DNA of 64,000 nucleotides from an uncultured Methanoregulaceae archaeon (GTDB lineage Archaea; Halobacteriota; Methanomicrobia; Methanomicrobiales; Methanospirillaceae), in NCBI GenBank assembly GCA_963841015.1, contig CAWJAX010000002.1:288001-352000 (forward strand). Reading direction: 5' to 3'. A program made the translations under genes and the position numbers. Shown here in pieces: positions 32,115 to 41,919 of the stretch; the stretch's first letter is position 1; each line of letters opens with the position of its first letter. The notes beneath the pieces are model-generated. The model saw only the letters and a program-made list of their open reading frames with translations, was not told the DNA's origin and searched no databases.

Positions 32115-32487
32115 ACGAAATGTATTAATATAAATTATCACATTAGTATATAAATATATGTTTTCTCAATCTTCTGGTTAACCGGGTATTATCCCCACTC
32201 AGTTAAATATACCGTCGTATGCGATTACAATAATCCATAAATTCATGGCCAAATACTTTTTGCATTTATTCCTCCTCAGCTAGAACGATGGTTTAGTGGA
32301 TGACAATCACGAATACTGCCAGCAGAACAACTATCAGGTTCAGTGTGTTGAGGCATGACGCAACAATTGTTGCATACATGTCCAAATACATGGGGGTCCT
32401 ACTCAACCGGAATAATCCATCCATCTTGAGGCTGACGCATCTCGGTCATTAAGACAGGATTTTATATTACTATCATCAGTTTTTATT

Positions 32488-33447
32488 ATGAAACTGCATC
32501 AGGTAAGCGAAAACTGCTTTGCGGTCGAAAACGAGAAGAACCGCGTGTGCGATGCGAGTTCAGGACTCATCAATCTGGGCGGCGGTGTGGTCATCGACAC
32601 GCAATCCGATCTGTCTCACGCACGCCAGATGATTAAATTGTTCGGTAAGGTCTGGAAGGGCATGCCGAAGCGAGTCATCAACACGCACGAAGACGCTGAC
32701 CACGTTTGGGGGAACCAGCTCTTTGAGGGTGCTGAAATCATCGCGCATCGAACGATGCCGGAACGCATGAAGCAAGTCGCCGACCCGGGGGAAATGCAGC
32801 ATCTGCTCAAAGGTGCCGAGATTATCGGGAAAACCCATCCCGGCGTTCTGGCAATCGCCCAGCAGCTTCGGCAGGACTACAATTTCGATGGAATCAATTT
32901 GGTGCTGCCAACGACCCTGTTCGATGAGCGATACACGCTGGATCTTGATGGCACGAAAGTTCACCTGATCTATGTCGGGGCGTGCCACCAACTCGGGGAC
33001 ACGATCGTTCACGTACCCAAGGAAGGGGTGGTGTTCGCTGGCGATGTGATCTTCACCGAATGTACTCCGAATGGCTGGATCGGCACCTACGACAAATGGC
33101 TCAAGTGTCTCGATCTCATCATCTCACTCAATCCAAAGGTCATTGTCCCGGGACATGGACCTATGTGCGGACCCGAAGGGGCGAAGGAGATGAAGGCATA
33201 TCTCGAATATGTACGCGAGGAATCACGACGGTGCTTCAAGAAGGGGCTGACCTCCCTGGAGGCTTCCAAGCAAATTGATCTCGGGGCATATGGCAAGTGG
33301 CATGCCCCGGCGAGACTCTACTTGAACGTCGAACGCGCCTACCGGGAGTTCCGGAAGGAACCGGCGGACGCACCCTGGGATAAAGCGATGAGCTTCGATT
33401 TGATCTGTGAAGTGGCAAAAGCAAAAGGGATCGAGGTCGAGTTCTGA
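32488..33447 (+). CDS. MBL-fold metallohydrolase (cyclase/glyoxalase II-like)
   Basis: VINTHEDADHVWGN, HQLGD, FAGD and VPGHG. Confidence 0.9.
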   Translation: MKLHQVSENCFAVENEKNRVCDASSGLINLGGGVVIDTQSDLSHARQMIKLFGKVWKGMPKRVINTHEDADHVWGNQLFEGAEIIAHRTMPERMKQVADPGEMQHLLKGAEIIGKTHPGVLAIAQQLRQDYNFDGINLVLPTTLFDERYTLDLDGTKVHLIYVGACHQLGDTIVHVPKEGVVFAGDVIFTECTPNGWIGTYDKWLKCLDLIISLNPKVIVPGHGPMCGPEGAKEMKAYLEYVREESRRCFKKGLTSLEASKQIDLGAYGKWHAPARLYLNVERAYREFRKEPADAPWDKAMSFDLICEVAKAKGIEVEF

Positions 33448-33755
33448 TCAGCTAACGGGGATCTGATGAATCCCCTGTCAGCCTCGGTATATCCCTTCCT
33501 GTATCATTTTTCGGGATCCTGTTCCGGGTCCCTCCGACCTTCACCTTATTGGAGACTCGGGATAGTCTTTTGCCATGTTTGAGCCTTTTTCATCCTCTCA
33601 AGGGAAATTATCGTATCAACCCTGATCTCGTTTGGGTACGTGTATCCCGCCCCATTAGTCATCCACGCTCGTCGGGTTCTCTTTGCGCCCTATCTCACAC
33701 CCGTGTGGTTGCATGCCAGGCTACCTTCAGTGCAATGGTCGATGAGGAATCGGGA

Positions 33756-34787
33756 CTACCTGTGGTACTTCTGCAATGTCTCGCGCACCGGCCAGCGGCT
33801 CGGTAGTAACTTACCTGCTGGTTCGGCGAAACGGCAATGGAGTGTTCCGAGTCGCTCGAACGTGATCTGAATCTCGGTACCTGGGTCGATGAAGTTGTCG
33901 TGGTCAAGGCCAGTACAGTCAGGAATGGTACCCATACCCATCACCGAGCCGGGTTTGAGTGGAGCGATGAACTTCAACCAGGCAAATACGTCTTCGGCTT
34001 TGTTGCTGATCTCGGATGTTGACCCCTGGAACTTAACGTGCCCATTCACCAGAACCGTCACCTTGAGGTTGTATGGATCGCCAACTTCATCGGGCGTAAG
34101 CAGGTAAGGCCCGAGTTGGTTACCCTTCGCCATGTCTTTCGTCAGGCAGAATCCACCGATGAACTCCGGGGCCTGAACATCGCGGGCCGAGATGTCGTTG
34201 AAGATGCAGAATCCCGCCACCGGTTGCATTTCGTTCCCATATACGACGGCCAGTTCAGGTTCGATGTCCAGCCGTGACGTGTAAGACGGCCAGGGAATGG
34301 TTTGCCCGTCGCCGACAATGGTGTTCATGTTGCATTTATAATAGGACAGCTGATCGGGTTGACCAGGAGGGGACTTGGGTTTCGGGGCCAGGATGGCTTT
34401 GGAAAACGCCATCAACAGCGGTGCGGTCTGCGGGTTATCCTTCTCATACTTCATGATGGTTTCGGTAGAGTTCTTGATATGCCGCGGCGTCAGACCAAAG
34501 TCGAACAGGGCTGCAACCTCCACCGGCTCCAGCAGTCTGACGGAGTTGAGAGAGAAGCGTTCACCATCACCAAGTTCTTTGAGATGTTGTTCACCCCAGG
34601 CAAACATCTTCTTTGCCATACTCTCGCTCTCGGGCAGATTGACAAGGTAGGATCGGCTGTCAGCCAAATGAGGGGAGGACAATCCCGCTTTGCTTTGCAG
34701 CACAGAAAACGGGACCGCCTGGTCTTGGATGACGACGCCAAAATAAGGGATCGGCGAATCGGCAGTGGTGAATCGGATCAGTTTCAT
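33756..34787 (-). CDS. fumarylacetoacetate hydrolase family protein
   Basis: LDIEPELAVV, IFNDISARDVQ, K..LGPYLLTPDE and LKPGSVMGMGT. Confidence 0.9.
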   Translation of the reverse strand: MKLIRFTTADSPIPYFGVVIQDQAVPFSVLQSKAGLSSPHLADSRSYLVNLPESESMAKKMFAWGEQHLKELGDGERFSLNSVRLLEPVEVAALFDFGLTPRHIKNSTETIMKYEKDNPQTAPLLMAFSKAILAPKPKSPPGQPDQLSYYKCNMNTIVGDGQTIPWPSYTSRLDIEPELAVVYGNEMQPVAGFCIFNDISARDVQAPEFIGGFCLTKDMAKGNQLGPYLLTPDEVGDPYNLKVTVLVNGHVKFQGSTSEISNKAEDVFAWLKFIAPLKPGSVMGMGTIPDCTGLDHDNFIDPGTEIQITFERLGTLHCRFAEPAGKLLPSRWPVRETLQKYHR

Positions 34788-35095
34788 AATGGCATTTCCT
34801 CACTGTTTCTATACTGGTTCAGTATTCGACTTCCATCTCTTTCGGCATTTGCAACCTGGTAGATGGCATCGAAAGTTCCTGCTGTATCGATGAGCGTCAT
34901 AGGGTACTGGAAATTAACGGTCATAGTTGGTCACGGTTAATGTGCTTTTAATTCAATATATTTACTTTTCTGTTTAACAAAGTCGAGAATAACATCAGCC
35001 GTTGTCACGGGCAGAATGCACCAAAAATAATCATTGGGATCATACACACCCCACACCATACTTTTGCATCGTGTTCGTTGCTGGTGATCCTGATA

Positions 35096-36241
35096 CTACT
35101 CGAGTGGGATGAGTGCGTCAGCCCACCAATCCGGGGGTATTTGCGCGACGGGCGTGTAGACGATACGCTGCTCACCTGGGATCGGTGGCAACTGGTCAAA
35201 AGCCTTTACCTGGCGAGCGACCACGGCTTCTTTCGTCATGTTGAATATCGTGAGATCCTGGGTCTGGACAACGGGGCCGGTATACACCTCACGAAGCTCT
35301 GAGAAGACCATGGGGATGATCTGGGGTGAGAGAAGCGTATGCCAGAGACCAGCCATACGCGGCTTTACGAGTCCGAACACCTTGCCAGCGGCCTTTGGCG
35401 TGGTGTGGGCGGCATTGAGCGCCATCGTCACCCGCTCAATGGAGAGACCCGAAGCGGCAGCGAGTGCCGCAGCGGGCGGAAAGCACTCGTGAATGAGCAA
35501 GTCGACGCTGCCTTTACAGGCACGCACGAGTGGCCAACACGCCAGAGTATCGCCCGAGAAAACGAACGACAGACCAGCGAAATCGATGCGATAGCCGACA
35601 GCACCGCTGAGCGCGTGGATGACGGGAAACGAGGTAATCTTCACGCCATTCTCCTCGTAGGCCACCAGGGTTTGGCTGAAGTCGAACTCGGACACCACGA
35701 TCCTCATACTGTCCGGATTGATAGGGCCACGCCCGGCTTCGGTGTCCCACACAAGTGCTTCCTCGATTGATTCGGCAAAGTGCTTCGTGCCAAGGCGAGG
35801 TTCGGTCCCACTGGGTCCCCACAGGTAAATCGGACCGTCAGCCCGGCCAACCTTTGCGAAGCTACCGACAAGAGTGATGAGATCACCCATGTGGTCAGCG
35901 TGCAGGTGAGTCAGAAACACCTTGTTGAGCTTGTTGACCGGCAGCTTCAGACTCGCGTAGTTCGCGAGGGAGCCGCTACCGAGATCGAAAACCAGGAGGT
36001 CACGCTCGGCATTACCAACTTCGACGAGGATGCTGGCTGCGGCCTGGCCTCGCGTCACCCAGGGGTTGCCGCTACCGAGCACCGTCACTCGCATCTCGCC
36101 GTCCTCGACCTTCTCTTCACCGGGGATGAACATCTCCGCGTACTTCCGTCGCGGGGTGCCCACAACCGGAGTCATGGTGATCGCCTTCGTTCCGCCCGCA
36201 AATACTGGCACCGGCAGGGATTGGGATTTGCCGGTCGTCAT
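35096..36241 (-). CDS. RNase Z/AtsA-like MBL-fold hydrolase (GntH-like subfamily)
   Basis: EMRVTVLGSG, FDLGSGS, THLHADH, VIHALSGAVGYR, FSGDT, IHECF and HTTP. Confidence 0.85.
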   Translation of the reverse strand: MTTGKSQSLPVPVFAGGTKAITMTPVVGTPRRKYAEMFIPGEEKVEDGEMRVTVLGSGNPWVTRGQAAASILVEVGNAERDLLVFDLGSGSLANYASLKLPVNKLNKVFLTHLHADHMGDLITLVGSFAKVGRADGPIYLWGPSGTEPRLGTKHFAESIEEALVWDTEAGRGPINPDSMRIVVSEFDFSQTLVAYEENGVKITSFPVIHALSGAVGYRIDFAGLSFVFSGDTLACWPLVRACKGSVDLLIHECFPPAAALAAASGLSIERVTMALNAAHTTPKAAGKVFGLVKPRMAGLWHTLLSPQIIPMVFSELREVYTGPVVQTQDLTIFNMTKEAVVARQVKAFDQLPPIPGEQRIVYTPVAQIPPDWWADALIPLE

Positions 36242-36589
36242 TTTGCACTCCTCGCGCTTTCAATTCGGTTTCGGTTGTTTATTATAAGGATCAATCGATT
36301 TCGAATTTTTACCACCTGTGTTTTCCAATAATAATCACTTTGGACGTTATTATTTGATTTGATTGTCGACCTAATGAAATGAACATGCTTTCATTTAACC
36401 AATGGAAAAAAATGAAGGGAGTGAATGGATTACGCCCATCTCCGCAAGAACTATGATACGATCAATGTTAACCCGAATGTGATCAAGGCTATCGCAACTA
36501 ATCTAATGCCGCGATCACGAGCTAGGATTGAACAGCGCAATAATTCTTCATATTACTGCGATAATACTGATGATTATGGTTGCAAGAAT

Positions 36590-38296
36590 ATGACCAACAT
36601 TCAGGAAAAGGGGGCCGGAAGTAAGGTCAAGAGTCTGTTCCCAATTCTGACGTGGCTGCCGAACTATAACTGGAAAAACATTCGCTTCGACTTGATTGCG
36701 GGCATTGTGATCGCAGGCCTGATAATTCCCGAATCGATGGGCATTGCTGGTGTGGCAGGGGTCGAGCCACAGCACGGTCTTTATGCCATTCTTATTGCAC
36801 TTTTTCTCTATGCCATCTTCGGTTCCGGACGTCGCTCGGTGGTTAGTGTACCGAGCGCTATGGCTCTTTTAACCGCCTCGGCCATCGCCACCCTCGCCCT
36901 TACAGCATACGAGGATGTGCTAGCGGCGGTCGTCACCATCACTTTCCTCACTGGCCTGATTCTCTTAATCATGGCGGTTTTGCGCCTCGGATTGCTAGCT
37001 AATTTCATTTCCTATCCGGTCATGAAAGGGTTCCTGTTCGGCCTCGCATTGACTATCATCATTGGTCAGGTGCCTAAGCTGTTAGGCGTAGCAAAAGGTG
37101 AAGGAAACTTCTTCGAGCAACTGTGGAGTATTATCGGTTCGCTTAGCCAGACCAGTCAGGTTACCCTGGCCCTGTCCATTATCGCGGTGATTATCCTCTA
37201 CGTGCTGGAAGAGCGTTTCAGGAAGATCCCCGGTGTGCTGGCGCTCTTTATCATTGGCCTTTGCGCCTCATATCTTTTGAATTGGGAGTCCATTGGGGTT
37301 GCATTGGTGGGATTCATCCCTGCAGGGCTGCCTGCGTTTTCCGTCCCGCAGATGAACCCTGATCTGATATTCCTTGTCATCCCTGCCTCCATTGGCATCG
37401 CCTTTGTATGCTTCTCGGAATCTGTGTCCATCGGAGATGAGGCGGCAGAGAAGCACAATGAAGAGGTGGATCCCAACCAGGAGTTAATTGCCGTGGCGGC
37501 CACCAATATCGGCTCGAGCTTTGCCCAAGGTATAGGGACGGGAGTGAGCATGTCTGCCACTCACGTGGGTGACAATAGTGGCTCCAGGTCACAAATGACC
37601 CTCATTATCGCAGGCCTGACGGTATTGGTCACTTTACTCTACCTGACCGGCGTATTCTACTATCTTCCTGAGTTCATTCTGGGCATCATCGTCATCTTCG
37701 CAGTCAAGGGGGCCCTGAAGGTAAGGCTGATTGCAAGCTATTATGGGACACAGCGAATCGACTTCTATTGCGCCATACTAGCATTGTTCGGGGTACTGGT
37801 CTTCGAGGTGCTGGTAGGCTTAATGTTAGCAGTCATCATCGCCATCGGTCTGGTCATCCTGAGAATTAGCAACGAACAAGGCTCCCTGCTCGGACAGATG
37901 CCAGATGGCCGGTTCATGGATCTCAGCCTGCATCCGGAGGCCAGGGAGATAGAGGGAGTGAAAATCCTCCGGCTGAACGTCACCATGTTCTATGCCAACG
38001 CACCCGTGATAAAGACACGCTTGTTGAACCTGATTCGAGAGGAACCGCGGCCGAAGTTATTTATCATAGACATGGAAGCCCACTACATCCATCTCGACAT
38101 CAGCTCAGTTCGCGTCCTTGAAAAAGTGGTAAAGGAAGCACAGGATCAGAATGTGCAGGTGACGTTCGTTGGAGTGAATACCGTGACGATGAGCGACATG
38201 GAGAAACAGGGACTGGTTGCTTTGGCTGGCAGGGATCGTTTCAAGGACACCATCCAGGAGGCTCTACGTGACGCGGGGGCAGTCATCTCCGTGTAA
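36590..38296 (+). CDS. SulP/SLC26 anion transporter with STAS domain
   Basis: DLIAGIVIAGLIIPESMG, GLYA, NQELIA and a C-terminal STAS (MFYANA...LDISS). Confidence 0.92.
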   Translation: MTNIQEKGAGSKVKSLFPILTWLPNYNWKNIRFDLIAGIVIAGLIIPESMGIAGVAGVEPQHGLYAILIALFLYAIFGSGRRSVVSVPSAMALLTASAIATLALTAYEDVLAAVVTITFLTGLILLIMAVLRLGLLANFISYPVMKGFLFGLALTIIIGQVPKLLGVAKGEGNFFEQLWSIIGSLSQTSQVTLALSIIAVIILYVLEERFRKIPGVLALFIIGLCASYLLNWESIGVALVGFIPAGLPAFSVPQMNPDLIFLVIPASIGIAFVCFSESVSIGDEAAEKHNEEVDPNQELIAVAATNIGSSFAQGIGTGVSMSATHVGDNSGSRSQMTLIIAGLTVLVTLLYLTGVFYYLPEFILGIIVIFAVKGALKVRLIASYYGTQRIDFYCAILALFGVLVFEVLVGLMLAVIIAIGLVILRISNEQGSLLGQMPDGRFMDLSLHPEAREIEGVKILRLNVTMFYANAPVIKTRLLNLIREEPRPKLFIIDMEAHYIHLDISSVRVLEKVVKEAQDQNVQVTFVGVNTVTMSDMEKQGLVALAGRDRFKDTIQEALRDAGAVISV

Positions 38297-38416
38297 TGAC
38301 GCACATCAGATATTCAATAGCATTTTCAATTTTGTCTGCTGTCTGGTATAAAAAGCGCGTCTATTCCAGTTGTCTCATTTATAAAAAATACATAGTTACT
38401 CCCTCTAAAACTAGAT

Positions 38417-38438
38417 GGGGTAACTTTCATCATTTGCC
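38417..38438 (+). repeat. 22-bp direct repeat, right copy
   Basis: Identical to 32093-32114. It overlaps the hairpin GTTACTCCCTCT-AAAACT-AGATGGGGTAAC (38395-38424). Confidence 0.92.
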
Positions 38439-38570
38439 GCACCCGACTGGTTCTTTTTTCTTTTCAGGAAGATATAGATTATCCAGAACATAAAACAAAA
38501 GGGTCAAACCTGTTTTTTAATCCGGAAATAATCCAATGCAATTAATACCGATGGCGTAGAGGTTAGTGAG

Positions 38571-39695
38571 ATGAAAAAGAACCTGCTGATGTGGGATGAA
38601 ACACTCTTCCGCGACCCCGAGGTACTGGAGATTGATTACGTTCCCGAGCAGTTCGAATTCAGGGACACCCAGATGCGCGAACTGGCTTTCCAGATCCGTC
38701 CCGGCCTTCGCGGAGGGAGACCGCTCAATACGGTCTGCAAAGGGTTGCCCGGGACAGGAAAGACCACAAGTATCCGGAAACTGTTTGCAGAGATCGAGGA
38801 AACGACAAAAAAACTTGTTCCGGTGTACATCAACTGCCAGATCGATAATACGAAATTTGCAATCATATCACAGATTTACAAAAAGCTCGCCGGGCATCTG
38901 CCCCCGTCATCCGGCACATCCTTTAAGCAGGTGTTTGATGCCGTTGCCCGCATCCTGATAAAAGAGGAAATTGTGCTGCTTGTCGCGCTCGATGATGCTA
39001 ATTATCTCCTCTATGAAAACGAGATAAACAAGGTGCTCTACACCCTGCTCCGGTCCCACGAGACCTACGAGGGGACACGAATAGGTGTGATCGTTATAGT
39101 AAGCGATCTTGATGTGGACCTCACCCGCGCAGTCGATGCTCGTGTCGCGTCGGTTTTTCGTCCTGCCGAGATCTATTTTCCTCCCTATGATAATGTCGAA
39201 ATACATGAAATAATGAAAGCAAGGGTCATTCAGGGTCTTTTCCAGGGTGTTCTGAGCGAAGAATTGCTGAATCTCGTTGTTGAACAGACCCTTAAAAATG
39301 GGGATCTTCGGGTAGGAATTGATCTTTTAAAAAGGGCGACGCTCAGTGCAGAACGTTCAGCCCGGCGCTCTATCGGGCGGGAGGATATCTGCGGTGCCTA
39401 TGAGGTCTCAAAGTACCTTCATCTTTCCTATACGTTAAAAACACTCAAGGATGAAGAGCGGCTGATTCTCAAATCCTTTGCAGAAAGAAGCGCAAAAGAA
39501 CATGAGATGAACGCAGGTGAAGTGTACAAATCCATCCGGGAATCCCTGTCAATCGGTTACACCCGCTTCTATGAGATCATAAAAAAAATGGATGCAATGC
39601 GGCTGATAAACCTGCAGTACCGTGATGGAAAAGGCAGAACCCGGATCATAACCCTGCGGTACGACCCGGCAAAGGTCCTCGAATATCTCGCGTGA
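38571..39695 (+). CDS. cdc6: Orc1/Cdc6 replication initiator family protein
   Basis: DYVPE..R, GLPGTGKT, YINC, ALDD, FPPY, GDLRVGIDLL and a winged-helix C-terminus. Confidence 0.95.
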   Translation: MKKNLLMWDETLFRDPEVLEIDYVPEQFEFRDTQMRELAFQIRPGLRGGRPLNTVCKGLPGTGKTTSIRKLFAEIEETTKKLVPVYINCQIDNTKFAIISQIYKKLAGHLPPSSGTSFKQVFDAVARILIKEEIVLLVALDDANYLLYENEINKVLYTLLRSHETYEGTRIGVIVIVSDLDVDLTRAVDARVASVFRPAEIYFPPYDNVEIHEIMKARVIQGLFQGVLSEELLNLVVEQTLKNGDLRVGIDLLKRATLSAERSARRSIGREDICGAYEVSKYLHLSYTLKTLKDEERLILKSFAERSAKEHEMNAGEVYKSIRESLSIGYTRFYEIIKKMDAMRLINLQYRDGKGRTRIITLRYDPAKVLEYLA

Positions 39696-39762
39696 CGCCG
39701 GATCAGTTTGAAAAATATTATCTGTTCCCAGACCCTCTTTTATGATGCAGGGGTTTTTGTAA

Positions 39763-40710
39763 ATGTTGAGTGTTAATGAACTGGCACTGGAAATATTTGA
39801 GAATTTAGCCGAAATTCCAGAGGAATTCAATTGTAGCTACCATGAACTGGATAACGGGGCACGCATTGTAGATTGCGGTGTAAGTACCTCCGGGGGTTAT
39901 GCAGCTGGTCGCGCATTCACCGAGATTTGTATGGGTGGACTGGGAGAGGTCAACTTCCGGATGGGGCACATCAGGGAATTTCCCATGCCGTTTATAGAAG
40001 TTATGACGGATTTTCCCTCAATCTCATGCCTTGGTTCACAGAAAGCAGGATGGACCGTCAAAGTCGGCAATTATTTTGCAATGGGCAGCGGCCCTGCACG
40101 GGCACTCTCTCTCAAACCAAAACATACGTTTGAAGTGATTGAATACGAGGACGATTTTGACTGGGCTGTTATCTGCCTGGAAAGCGATCACCTCCCGAAT
40201 GCCGAAGTCATGACGAAAATTGCACAGGACTGCAATGTGGATGTAGCAAATGTCTGTGCTGTTGTTGCTCCTACCTCTTCGATGGTTGGTTCAATACAGG
40301 TTTCCGGACGTTGCGTTGAGACTGCAATCTATAAGCTGAACGAGCTCGGATTTGATACACGGAAGGTCATCGCCGCTATGGGAACTGCACCTGTCCCGCC
40401 GGTCAGGGGCGCAAAGCTTGCCATGGGTGTTACCAACGACGCCACCATCTATCATGGCAGGATCAATCTCACGATGAATGCTCCCGAGATAAAGGACTAT
40501 CTTGAGAAGATCCCGAGCAGCAAATCCAAGGGATACGGCAAACCATTCAACGATATCTTCAAGGAAGCAAACTATGACTTCTACCAGATAGACACTTCAC
40601 TTTTCTCACCTGCAGAGGTTGTCATAAACGAGCTGTCATCAGGGACTGTATACCATGTCGGTGCTGTGAACACGGATGTGACACTGAAGTCGTTTGGATT
40701 CATGAAATAA
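39763..40710 (+). CDS. mch: methenyltetrahydromethanopterin cyclohydrolase
   Basis: MLSVNE, CMGGLG, CLGSQKAGW, MGSGPARAL, NDATIY and FYQIDTSLFSPA. Confidence 0.95.
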   Translation: MLSVNELALEIFENLAEIPEEFNCSYHELDNGARIVDCGVSTSGGYAAGRAFTEICMGGLGEVNFRMGHIREFPMPFIEVMTDFPSISCLGSQKAGWTVKVGNYFAMGSGPARALSLKPKHTFEVIEYEDDFDWAVICLESDHLPNAEVMTKIAQDCNVDVANVCAVVAPTSSMVGSIQVSGRCVETAIYKLNELGFDTRKVIAAMGTAPVPPVRGAKLAMGVTNDATIYHGRINLTMNAPEIKDYLEKIPSSKSKGYGKPFNDIFKEANYDFYQIDTSLFSPAEVVINELSSGTVYHVGAVNTDVTLKSFGFMK

Positions 40711-40840
40711 TTTTTTTTAACAATTTTTTTGTTCCATGTTTTGGTGATCAAGCGGATCCGGTTTACCAGCACCTTCACTCCGCTTACCAATTGCCGTATA
40801 ATACAGGAGATCCATATATCTGTTCAGGAGTCTCCGCGGA

Positions 40841-41314
40841 ATGATTGTTATCGGGATCGACCCCGGGCTTGCACGACTGGGGTATGGAGTAATCGAAGTA
40901 ATTAAAGGGGACATACGGATGGTTACGTATGGATGTATCGAAACCTCGGGTAAGGATCTCCGCGCTTCAGAGAGATTATTAAAAATATATACTGCAGTCG
41001 AAGCACTTTTTGAGAAATACCAGCCTTCTCATGTTTCCCTTGAAAAATTATTCTTTACAAAGAACATCACATCTGCAATGGGCGTAAGTGAAGTACGCGG
41101 GATTATCCTTCTCGCTGCTGAACAGCGGACTATCCCGATCGCTGAATATACCCCAAATCAGGTTAAGCAGGCCATCACCGGGTCCGGGCGTGCAGATAAA
41201 CGCCAGATGCAGGATATGATTACAAGACTTCTCAGGTTGAATGAAATTCCCACTCCCGATGACGCTGCCGATGCCCTTTCGATTGCCTTATGCCATATCC
41301 ATATCCTGAGATAG
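40841..41314 (+). CDS. ruvC: Holliday junction resolvase RuvC
   Basis: IGIDPG, EKLFF, YTPNQVKQAITGSGRADKRQ and DDAADALSIA. Confidence 0.95.
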   Translation: MIVIGIDPGLARLGYGVIEVIKGDIRMVTYGCIETSGKDLRASERLLKIYTAVEALFEKYQPSHVSLEKLFFTKNITSAMGVSEVRGIILLAAEQRTIPIAEYTPNQVKQAITGSGRADKRQMQDMITRLLRLNEIPTPDDAADALSIALCHIHILR

Positions 41315-41318
41315 TACA

Positions 41319-41915
41319 ATGATCGCACATCTCCGTGGTAAACCAGTTCTGACTGGTGACAGGTGGGTAGTAATCGAGGTCGGGGGCATCGGGTACCAGG
41401 TGCAGGTAACCCAGCCTGCACTTCAGTTACTGGCGCACACGACAGAACCGGTAAAACTTTTTACGTTTATGGCGGTCCGTGAGGATGCGATAACACTCTA
41501 CGGTTTCATGCACCAGAGCGAACTGGAGATGTTCAGGATCCTGATCGGGGTGAGCGGGATTGGTCCCCAGATTGCCATGAACATCCTTTCCCAGATCAGC
41601 ATTGAGGATTTTGCTTTGGCGATCCTGAATGAGGATGAAAAAGCACTTACCAGGATCTCCGGCATTGGCACCAAGAGCGCGAAACGGCTTATCCTTGAAC
41701 TGAGGGACAAGATGAAAAGAATCAGCGAAACGATGGTAGCAGGGGATGCAGGCAGGGCCAGCCCGGCTGTTCATGACGCTGTAAGCGCACTTGTCTCCCT
41801 CGGGTTTTTAGAAAAAGAATCAAGAGATGCAGTCAATGCTGCGGCGCTCGTCATGAAAAACCCCACGGTACAGGAACTCATCAAAACCGCACTCATAAAA
41901 ATGAAGGAACGCTGA
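41319..41915 (+). CDS. ruvA: Holliday junction branch migration protein RuvA
   Basis: [22 protein letters not shown] and two HhH motifs (GIGP, GIGTKSA). Confidence 0.95.
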   Translation: MIAHLRGKPVLTGDRWVVIEVGGIGYQVQVTQPALQLLAHTTEPVKLFTFMAVREDAITLYGFMHQSELEMFRILIGVSGIGPQIAMNILSQISIEDFALAILNEDEKALTRISGIGTKSAKRLILELRDKMKRISETMVAGDAGRASPAVHDAVSALVSLGFLEKESRDAVNAAALVMKNPTVQELIKTALIKMKER

Positions 41916-41919
41916 TGTC

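Larger units (their letters stand above)
32093..38438. mobile_element. putative acquired genomic islet (4 genes, no recombinase)
   Basis: Perfect 22-bp direct repeats at both ends, GC-richer genes with a different codon style, and position between the housekeeping genes apgM and cdc6. Confidence 0.65.

Noticed and set aside
33453-33483. Hairpin with CTGATGA loop as hammerhead ribozyme or K-loop
   Set aside because: There is no GAAA core or third stem and the loop is too tight. It is more likely a terminator hairpin after the MBL gene.
38297-38570. Replication origin upstream of cdc6
   Set aside because: Only weak ORB resemblance (CCAGAACATAAAACAAAAGGGT) and no clear inverted ORB pair. This paralog type (MLxWDETLFRD N-terminus) is, to my knowledge, usually not origin-linked.
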